Of a stretch of DNA of 64,000 bases, positions 48,195-58,600 are shown piece by piece. Position 1 is the stretch's first letter; each line of letters begins with the position of its first letter. The notes under the pieces were generated by a model that made no database searches, had not been told where the DNA came from, and saw only the letters and a program-made list of their open reading frames with translations. Source of the stretch: Azolla caroliniana (taxonomy: Eukaryota; Plantae; Polypodiophyta); contig JBHGNT010000011.1 of the NCBI GenBank assembly GCA_043228905.1, positions 9,176,001 through 9,240,000 of the forward strand, written 5' to 3'. The position numbers and the translations under genes are program-made.

Positions 48195-48740
48195 ACCTCC
48201 TTCTCTCTCTTAGATGATCCACTATATACTATATACTATATAGTATACATTGTACAAGCTCTCCCTCCCACTCTCTCTCACGTTTGTGGTCTCGACTCTC
48301 TCCCTCTCTCTCTCTCTCCCCCCTCTGTGTAGTCTCTCTCTCTCTCTCCCCTCTATGTAGTTCCTCTCTCTCTCACACACACTCCTTATATGTTATCTCC
48401 CTCCCTCTCTCTCTCTCTCCTTGTCTGTGTAGTTCTCCCCCACTCGCTCTCTCTCTCTCCCATCATCTGTTTAGTCTCCCTCACTCTCTCTCTCTCTCTT
48501 TCCCCTTGTCTGTTGTCTCTCTCTCCCCCTCTCTCTAAAGTTTATAAACGGCTTAAACGGTTTAGCCGGCTTGATCCGGTTTGGCCAAGCTCGAGACGAG
48601 CCGAGCCGCTAAGCCATTAAGCCGTTTTCAAGCCGGCTAAGCCAAACGGTTTAGGCTTGAGCCAAGCCGTTGTCGATCCCTATTACCGAAGAGAAAGAGT
48701 TAAACCTTGTCGGCGATGAGACAACGTGGGATGTCGATTC
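46816..48740 (+). mobile_element. Truncated Copia element H (family of A): partial LTR fused to gag
   Basis: LTR start TGTTGGG at 46816, similar to the Copia A LTR. Gag 47180-48740 closely matches 21725-22560. Confidence 0.85.
47966..48682. mobile_element. Non-autonomous hAT element (MITE), 717 bp
   Basis: TIRs TAGGGATCGGCAACGG / CCGTTGTCGATCCCTA, perfect 8-bp TSD TTACCGAA. Subterminal AAACCG/AAGCCG repeats and a (CT)n core. Confidence 0.95.
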
Positions 48741-51700
48741 ATTAAGCTTCGCCGAGATTCAGGAAAGGCATGCGACCCGACATGGTTCCGACATATTGTC
48801 AGAAGCCTAATCTATTTGACGATCACTCAGCCCGATCTCAGCTACCTAGTCGGCCTGATCAATCAATTTATGTCATAGCCCACGACTAAACACTTTCAGT
48901 GCACACAAAGGATACTGCGATATGCCAACAACACTAAAGACATGGGGCCGCTGCATCAAGCAGGCGTAGCTGAACAGTTAGTTGGCTACAGGGATGCCAA
49001 TTGGGCCGAAAATGCCAACGATCGTAGATCCACATCCGGATACACATTCTCAATGGGAAGTGTGGGGATCACGTGGAGCAGTAAGAAGCAGCTGACAGTA
49101 GCACTGTCGAGCACGGAGGCCGAATATCGAGGGGAGATTGTCGCTATGTGTGAAGTCATTTGGCTAAAACGGTTATTACGGGATCTGCATGTGGAGGTGT
49201 CTGCTCCGACGACGATCTATTGCGACAACCTCAACAGCATCCAACTTGCGAAAAACCCATTATTTCAAACTCGGACCAAGCATATTGAGGTGCATTACCA
49301 TTTTGATTGTGAGTGTGTCCTTTCCGGTGAAGTCGAACTAGCGTATGTTCCGACAGGTCGGCAGATTTCCGACGTATTCACCAATCCTCTAGGTCTCGAC
49401 AAGTTACGGAAATTCTCGGATGCGCTTGGGTTGCGCCATCTCGACACGCCGAACTTGAGGGGGACATAGGAACAGGAGCGTGAGCTTGAAAGGAGCGGAA
49501 GTGATCACCGCAATGCCAAGTCGGATGAAGAATTCGATTTCGGGTCGACTGAAGAAGCCGAAGATGCGTACAGGGGCCATAGCCTCAAGGAAGAACCGAA
49601 GACATCCGGAAAAGGGGGCGATAAGGCCAAGACCAAGACATGGTCTGACATTGTCAAAGGCCTAAAGACTGAAGACGAATTGGAGACAGCCAAATTGGAC
49701 GTAAGTGGAAATGAATCGGAAGTGACTGAATCAACTAAGGGCCAAGCGGAGGAAAGGGCAGCGAAAGAAACGCCAGCACCACGAGAACAAGGGAGCTAAG
49801 AAGGACCACAGGAGCAGACAAGCCGATCGGAAGGGTTGAGGCACGCGGAATCGAACGGGTCAAGGAGCGCGTGCGGGGCGTGAAGCCAGGAGAAGCCGGA
49901 GTGAATATCCAGAAGAGCAGGTTCAACCTCAAGTTGAGCTTGAGGAGGAGTGTGGAGATACAAGCTCAACATTGGGTGCGTAAACGGGTGTGTAACCCAG
50001 TGCGTAGACTGGGTGTGTAAAACCATACGCACAAAGGTCGTAACGGTGCGTAAGCCGAGAGGCCGTTAGAGGGTTATTCCTTGTAAGGAATAATTTTGGG
50101 AGTTAGTGTAGGAGGCTCATTAATGAGGATTGAAGTATGTGTCAATACTGTGACAGTACTTCTATCTGTCCATAAGGACTTGTATAAAAACCGCCGATCG
50201 AGCGCATCTTGTATAGAGTGATAGAGAGTTATTTTTGAATCTAAGTTTTGTGTGTTCTGCTCACTCTCTCTCTCATTCTCTATCTCTCTTGCATACGTTG
50301 TGACGTATTCAAAGCTTTCCATTAAACCTTCTCTTCGTCATCTGTGTTACACGATTGTGTTTGTTACGCTTCCACACACGCTATTCTTTTACAGTGGGTA
50401 TACAAGGTAAAGTACAATGTTGATGGTTCAATCAACCGGTACAAAGCCCGGTTAGGTGCAAATGAATACACACAGACCCACGGAATCGACTACGACGATA
50501 CCTTCGCTCTGGTAGCGAAGATGACGACGGTTCGTGTGGTACTAGCTGTTGTTGCGACATGGGGGTGGCATCTTCACCAAATGGACGTGAAAAATGCGTT
50601 TCTTCAAGGTGATCTGGAAGAACAGGTCTATATGTTCCAACCCCCCGGTTTGGAATGCAAAAATTACGCACCGGTTGCGTAAGATGGGGTTTGTGGCCTG
50701 AAAATCTGACTCTTCATTGTTCAACCGGAAAGGTCCCGACGGTCCGGTATGTATTCTGTTATATGTAGATGATCTAGTGATCACCGAACCCGAACTCAAA
50801 GAAATCGGTCGTGTGAAGTCCCATTTTTCGGACGCATTTGAAATGAAGGACCTAGGGGACCTTCATTATTTTCTTGGGATCGAGGTGATCCGGACTCCCG
50901 ACGGCATATCGCTCTCACAAAGACAATATGTGTTGAATATTCTATACAAGTTCTGCATGACTAACTGCCAACCAATCTCCACACCCCTGGACCGGAACCA
51001 AGAGCTACATCCCAACTCTGAACCGGCCTACAACGAGAAACGGTTTCGACAAATTGTGGAAAGCCTTATCTACTTGACAATCACCCGACCCGACATCAAT
51101 TACCCGGTCGAAGTGATTAGCCAATTCATGCAGAAGCCGACATGGTATAGATGGGACAAGGGACTGTTATACCGACACGGTATAGATGGGACAAGGGACT
51201 GTTATACCGACACGGTATAGATGGGAAGCTAGTCGAATATATAGATGCCGACTAGGCTGGTGATGCATCGGATCGTCGATCCACCTCTGGATATATGTTC
51301 TCTCTTGGTAGTGCAACTACTGTGTGGAGCAACAAAAAGCAACCAACAGTGGCTCTGTCAAGCACTGAGGCTGAATATCGGGGTGCTACCAATGTCACCT
51401 ATGAAGCCATCTGGCTTCCGCGACTGCTACAAGACCTCCGGATCAAGGTGCCAAACCTGATCTTGATCTTCTTCTGACAATGTAAGCAACATACATCTCG
51501 CTAAGAACCCCGTATTTCATGCTCGAAAAAAGCATATATAGAAGTGCATTATCACTTTGTCCGTGAGTGGGTCCTGGGCGGTGAAGTCAAACTTCATTAT
51601 GTTCACATGGATTGGTAGGTTTCCAACATCGTCACCAAGTCGCTCGGATCGGACAAGTTGCAACACTTTTCGGAGATGCTTGGTCTACAACACCTCGATG

Positions 51701-52209
51701 TGCCGCACTTGAGGGGGAGAATAGAAACAGATAATGGCATTGGACAAGGAGCCTGAGAGAAAGATAGAACCAAGTTAGGGGCAGATAAGAAGAAAAAGGA
51801 AGTCGAGTCGACTGAAAGAGTCGACATATCCGAACAAGTCGGAACAAGCGGCGGTGGCGGTAGAATCAAAAAGGACAGAGCCAACCGGAAGGAGAAGGCC
51901 AAATCCCGAATATGGTCTGATGTTGTCAAAGGCCTGGAAAAGGGTGACGAGTTGGAGACTACCAACTCGGACAAGAGTTGGAACGAATCGGAGGCAGCCG
52001 ATTCGGTTTAACAGTTTGATTCAGAAGATCCAGATCTACTAAAGGCCAAGTGGACGAGAAGGCAACAGAAGTCGATGCTGATACAGAGGAAACAACGGCT
52101 TGATGAGCGCCGGAGTCGCGACAGTGAGGAAGCTGAGAAGGGCCTGTTGAGCAGACATATCGACCAAGAAGGTCGAGGAACGTAGAACCGGACGGGTCGT
52201 GGAAGGAAG

Positions 52210-52447
52210 TGTTGAGAAATCGTTGCGGAATAATCACAATAATCGAACTACGCGCTAAAATACGAATCACCGAAATGCCAGAAAAAAAAGACTCACAACA
52301 GTGCACAGAGATTTACGTTGTCACGTTGTTACGCGCATGCGTGGAGAAAGGCGGGACCACGGGGGTCTTGGACGAGAGAGTGATGGAGCGTAGGGAGTCG
52401 TGCTTCACTGTTTCTGGGGCATCCCAGAAACACACCGGAAGCAACCG

Positions 52448-52486
<39 letters not shown>

Positions 52487-54694
52487 TGCTTAACACCGAC
52501 TCACGCACACACACGCACACGCACACGCAGCTCAACCCGACTCACGCCTTATGTACAGAGAACACAGGAGAGGGTAAGCACCTGACGCCAGCAACAACGC
52601 GAATATACACAGACAAACATAAACGTATATGTATGTATATATATATGAAGAATACATTCCCGGCTTCGAGCCGGACTGAGGTGGGTTACAGTAGTCGTCT
52701 GCTGCCAAGCCGCCGTTGGGGAGCTCTCAGCTCGTCGCGCCAAGCGGGGTCTTGCACAAGAGGCCTAACCAAAGCAAACCCTAAGCAAAACACGAAGGAG
52801 AGGGAAGAAGAACCTAACTCTAAACCTAACGGTATACCCTCTAATGCAAAATGGGCAACCCTTTTCCAAAGGGCGTTCCCTTCCTTTTATAGAGCAAGGA
52901 AAGGGATGCGTTACAATGTGGGACAAATCCCGCCTTCCATGGGATCGTCTGCCCCGACCTGACTACTCTTCGGCGCCATAAAGGCGCCCTCGATATTCAC
53001 ACTAAATGTACATGGGTGCGTACACACGTTGCACCCCGCCGATGTAGCCAATGTTTCCCGGTTTCCGCCTCTGGCCGAAATTCTTCACGACAACGTGGAA
53101 ACCCTAAAACGGGGAAAACCACGAGTGAACAGAATCTTCACTATTGTATAGTGGATATACAATACAAAGATGATTACAACACTCTGTCAAGTGTATCAGA
53201 GCCGCATAGGGCTCTTCGCATCTGTTGTTACACACACAGCTATGTCGCGGCTCTATCTTCACTCTCTCACACACTCTTGCATTCTACAACTTCTGCACTT
53301 ACACTATTCTTCTGTTCATCACACTAACACACACTAAGAGTTTGCCCTAGTTGCATATATACTTACGTAACTTTCTAGTTATTTACATACGTAGCCCTCA
53401 TGGGGCGCACACTTAGACTATTTACAAATTATAGTCTCCCGAGTTTGCTATTTACACGATTCCGGTTTCGGCCTCGGCCAAGTTCCTCATCAACTCGGCT
53501 CCTGTTTTCCGACTCTTCGACTGTCGGCTTTCCGAACAGTCGGATCATCCTCCCACTAGAGGGACATATTCCCAACAAACTTCCCCTTCACTCCTGTGGG
53601 AGGAAATCTGCCAGTCCTGTATTTTGTCAACAAACTCTGAGTCTGTCCATAGGTAGGTTCTTCGTCAGCATGTCGGATCCATTGTCATCAGTATGGATCT
53701 TTTTGAGAGAAAACTCTCCTTCTTCGACTCTCTCTCTCAACCAATGATACCTTCTCTGTATGTGCTTGGTCCGAGAGTGGTATGCCGCATTCTCGGCTAG
53801 ATGTATGACACTTTGGCTATCACAATGAAGCACAAACTCCTTTTGCTCCATGCCTAATTTGTTGAGAAAATTTCTCATCCAGATCAGCTCTTTTCCGGCC
53901 TCTACCGCTGCCATATACTCTGCCTCTGTAGTCGACAAGGCTACAGACTTCTGCAATCGTGATTGCCACGACACCGCTCCCCCTGCATAGGTCATCACGT
54001 ACCCTGACGTGGATCGGCTTGAGTCGACATCTCCTGCCATGTCCGAATCGGTAAAACCTTCCAGTACAAGTTTTCCGACACCATACCTTAGGCACACCCC
54101 TGAGGTGCCCTTTAAATACCTGAGTATCCACTTCACTGCTGCCCAATGTTCTCTCCTTGGATTACTCATATATCGGCTTACTACTCCCACAGCAAATGCT
54201 ATGTCCGGTCTTGTACAGACCATAGCATATATTAGACTACCGATGGCTGAGGCATATGGTACCTTCTTAATCTCAGCCTTTTCCTTCTGCCCTTTCGGAC
54301 ACTACTTCGCATTCAATCTGCAATTTGTCGGCAACATTGAGCCGACCGGCTTTGCATTCAACATGTTGAACCTTTCTAGGACCTTCGCCACATACTTCTG
54401 TTGTGACAACCACAACACCTTTCGAGCTCTATCTCGAGTTATGTGCATTCCTAGGATCTGCTTTGCCGGTCCAAGGTCTTTCGCAACTTTCTAGTTATTT
54501 ACATACGTAGCCCTCATGGGGGGCACACTTAGACTATTTACAAATTATAGTCTCCCGAGTTGGCTATTTACACGATTCTGGTTTCGGCCTCAGCCTAAGT
54601 TCCTCATCAACTCAGCTCCTGTTTTCCGACTCTTCGACTATCGGCTTTCCGAATAGTCGGATCATCCTCCCACTAGAGGGACATATTCCGAACA
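52210..54694 (-). mobile_element. Copia element J (Tork-like), internally deleted
   Basis: 3' LTR 52210-53577 (split by a family F solo LTR), PPT, RT/RNase H 53590-54485 (FTDSDMAGD, TEAEY, CDSQS), and partial 5' LTR 54486-54694. Confidence 0.88.
52319..53092 (-). mobile_element. Solo LTR, family F, with perfect 4-bp TSD ACGT
   Basis: TGTCACG...CACGACA termini, ACGT at 52315-52318 and 53093-53096. Splits the host LTR motif TTTACGTGGAAAACCCTA. Confidence 0.88.
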
Positions 54695-55672
54695 ATAAGA
54701 ACCGGACTAGACGAGGAGCGCGAGCGAGGCGGGAGGATGCCATAAGGGGTCAGACGAAAGAACCGACTACCACAGATACTGACACCACGATCCGACCTCA
54801 AGTTGAGCTTGAGGGGGAGTGTTGAGCGAGCAAGCTCAACCAGATCCGGATCGATATCCGGAACGGAGAACCGTATCGGTGTCCGGATGGTATCCGGAAC
54901 CAGGAGCCAGATCGGACTGTAATGGGTAGGCCTTTAGAGGCCTACGAATCTAGCCTAATATGTAGGCATATTTTTTGGAGTCAGTATCAGTCGCTTGTGT
55001 GAGCATTGACGTACCTGTCAGTACTTCTATCAGTCCTTAAATGGACTTGTATAAAACTGCTCTCAGAGCACATTCTATGTACAAAGTGCTATTATTTTGA
55101 ATTGAGTTTATGTTCCAAATGCTCTCTCTGTCTCTCCCTTGTATACTGTGTAATCTCAAGAATCCATTAAACGTGTGTCTGCGTTCTGCTGCTATTCGGC
55201 AAAGATGGTTTGTTTTAGCTTCCGCAAGCGTATTCTTTCACAATTTCCGATTCTCCGATGCCTATGGCGAGGGTTTGCAGTATCCATTCTACCTATCGTA
55301 AACTACTCAGGGTACTGCCTTCGTCGGTATATTGTTGGTTCTGCAACCGGAGTGACTCCTCCATGACCCGCCGAATTGTTCTGGGAAAAGACTGGTCCTG
55401 TTGGATCTGCTCGGCCGCCTACTGGTAGGCTTCCCGCCTTCGTAGTCTCTCGACTAGTCTTCTCGATCGTTCGTCAACTGGGTCGTTTGTCGGTCTAGTC
55501 ATCCATTCCCTAATGTTCACTACGCTCTGCAGGAATAGTGGTCGCCAAAATTGTGTTAATCCTGGATTGGACTAGCCACTAACACAGGGTGTCCTTCCGC
55601 ATCACTTCACCAAAGGGATTGTTACGGGGTTAATGCTTCCAACACAGATATCACTTTATCCAACTAGTTCCG

Positions 55673-58600
55673 TGTTGGGAATCACCGCTTGGATTCACCT
55701 TCGTCGCTCGGCCACAACCGAGTAATCGCGGATCAATGGAGCAGAAAATAGGAACCAAAAGAAGAAATACACGAGACGCGTTTACACAGGGATTAACGTG
55801 GAAAACCCTAGATGGGAAAAACCACGGGAGTACGAGACTCCAAACCAACACTATACAGAGAAGTATACAATGGCGAGCTGCAAGGCGACGACCTTGAGCT
55901 CGCTGTCCTCGCCACAGGCGGCGGAAATACACAGAGGCGTCTACCTCTTCCTCTCTCGCGCTCTATCTCTCTCTCTCTCTCTCTCTCACGGCTGCTTTCT
56001 CTCTTCACTCCTCTAAAAAAGTGGAAAAACAGAAAAAGATCAGCAACTATAAAACTGTTTGCCCTAAGTCATATTTATACTTATATGACTTTGGGCTATT
56101 TACAACTGTAGCCTCAGGGGCCCATAGCGAACATATTCACGGATATGTCCCTGCATCCGGATCGCTCTCCGGGTACATTCGTCATCCGGTGCCGAAACCG
56201 GGGTCTTCGTCATCCGGATCCGAAACCGAAACCGGATCCGACCATCCCATCCGAAGGGACCGTAATCCCAACAAACTCCCCCTTCACTTCGGCATGGGAT
56301 GTCTCTCCAATCCGATCCTCTTCCGGCATGCTTCCAGCTTGTCGGGTGTGAGCACCTTGGTCAGCATATCCGACCCGTTCTCGTCCGTGTGGATCTTCGT
56401 CAGCACGAACTCCTTGTCTTCTATCCTTTCCCGGATCCAGTGATATCTTCGCTGGATGTGCTTCGTCCGGGAGTGATAGGCCGCGTTCTTCGCAAGGTGG
56501 ATTGCACTCTGACTGTCGCAGTAGAGTCGGTACTCCTCCTGCCGGATACCGAGCTCTCTAATGAAGTCCTTCATCCATATTATTTCCTTGCCGGCTTCAA
56601 CAGCTGCCATGTACTCCGCCTCCGTGGTTGACAACGCAACCGTCTTCTGCAGCCTCGACTGCCACGAAACTGCTCCCCCTGCATACGTCATCACATACCC
56701 TGATGTGGACCGGCTGGTATCTGCATCAGCCGACATATCCGAATCGGTGAAGCCGTCGAGTTCGGGCTTACCGGAGCCGAATCGGAGGCACACGTTTGCC
56801 GTGCCCTTCAGGTATCGGAGTATCCACTTGGCCGCGTTCCAATGCTCTTTGCCGGGATTGCTCATGTACCGGCTCACCACTCCGACTGCATATCCGATGT
56901 CCGGTCTCGTACACACCATGGCGTACATCAAGCTCCCGACGGCTGAGGCATATGGCACTTTCATCATATCCTCCTTTTCAGCCTTTGTCTTGGGACTTTG
57001 CTTGTTGGACAGCTTGCAGTTTGCCGGGAGGGTCGATCCGACCGGTCTTGCTTCCGACATGTTGAACCGGTGAAGCACCTTCGTCACGTACTTCTCCTGT
57101 GACAGCCACAACTGCTTCTTCTTCCGGTCCCGGATGATATGCATCCCTAGTATTTGCCTCCCCGGACCCAAGTCCTTCATTGAGAAGGTTCGGTGCAGAG
57201 CCTTCTTCAGCATCCGTATCTTGACCTGGTCCCGTCCGACGATCAACATGTCGTCCACGTACAGGAGGAGTATTAGGAAGTCTCCTCCTTCGAACTTCTT
57301 CACAAACACGCAGTGGTCAGACTGCGTTTTGAGGTACCCTTCGTCGGTCATGAAGGAGTCGAATTTCCGGTACCATTGCCGGGGAGCCTGCTTCAGTCCG
57401 TAAAGGCTCTTCTTCAACCGGCATACCAGGTGCTCCTTCCCTTTCTTCTCGAATCCTTCCGGTTGCTGCATGTAGATCTCTTCTTCGAGGTCACCGTGAA
57501 GGAATGCCGTCTTCACGTCCATCTGTTCTACCTCGAGGTCCATGCTTGCCGCTATGCTCAGCACCGTCCGGATGGAGGTCATCTTCACTACCGGGGCAAA
57601 TATCTCGTCGAAGTCGACGCCCTTCTTCTGCTGAAACCCCTTCACCACGATCCTGGCTTTGTATCTCGGGGGGTTTCCGGCATCTCCCGGTTTCAGCTTG
57701 AACACCCACTTGTTACGGAGTGCCCGTTTTCCTTTCGGCAACTCCACAAGTTCATATGTGTGGTTCTCATGCAGGGAATCCATCTCGTCCTGCATGGCAC
57801 TCAACCACCTGCGGCTCTGGGTGTCATGCTTTGCTTCTTCAAAGCTCTCCGGCTCCCCCTCGTCGGTTAGCAGCACATGCTCTGGTTCCGGAAATCTCCG
57901 GGGGGCCCTTCTCTCTCTTAGAGGATATCTCCGTTCCGGAGCTTCGGTAACCGGTTCTTCCGATTCTTCTTCTTCATCCGAATCCATTTCGGGATCGGGG
58001 CCGGTTCCGGTATCATTTTCATCTTCTTCGGCCGGTTCTGTTTCTTCACCGTCTTCGGCCGGATCCTCGAGTGCTAACCGGTCCCTTGCCGGTCGGGACT
58101 GCTCCCCGTAGAGTTGATCCTCACCGGTCGACTTGGAGCTCTTCATCTTCTTCTCCGACTCCCAGTCGGCGAGTGTCTTGTTCTCCATGAAGATGATATC
58201 ACGACTCCGGAATATCTTCTTGTCAACCGGGTCCCATACTCGGTAGCCGAACTCGTCGTCGCCGTAACCGAGGAATATGCATGGCCGGGTCTTTGGATCT
58301 AGCTTTCCTCTCCGGTCCTTTGCCACATGCACGTATGCGAGACACCCGAACACCTTCAGATGCCGGTAGGATACTTCCCTTCCAGTCCACACTCTCTGCG
58401 GCGTGTCTCCGTCCAAAGGTACTGAGGGTGATCTGTTTATCACATATGTCGCCGTCGACATTGCCTCAGCCCAAAATCCCTTGGGTAATTTCGCATGTGC
58501 CAGCATACTCCGGACCCTCTCCATTATGGTCCGGTTCATCCTCTCGGCCAGCCCGTTCAGTTCCGGCGTCTTCGGCACAGTAAACTCGAGTCGGATTCCC

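Larger units (their letters stand above)
30150..50393 (+). mobile_element. Copia element C, degraded, with multiple nested insertions
   Basis: LTRs 30150-30580 and 49951-50393, perfect TSD GTGGG, PBS TGGTATCAGAGC. Gag/PR 30663-31931, INT/RT 37611-40207, RNase H 48740-49470. Confidence 0.92.
29483..55242 (+). mobile_element. Copia element B (5' part deleted), interrupted by elements C and J
   Basis: Residual LTR start TATTGAGTGAGCAAGCTCAAC at 29483. RT KWV|YKVKYN is split by element C. RT/RNase H at 50399-51720, 3' LTR 54820-55242. Host Gypsy sequence resumes at 55243, with a degenerate TSD (GCTTC/ATTTC). Confidence 0.75.

Noticed and set aside
27699-55242. Pairing LTR 27699-28069 with LTR 54820-55242 as one element
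   Set aside because: The flanks differ (TTTAT vs ATTTC) and the LTRs are diverged. The host sequence after 55242 continues the one broken at 29482.
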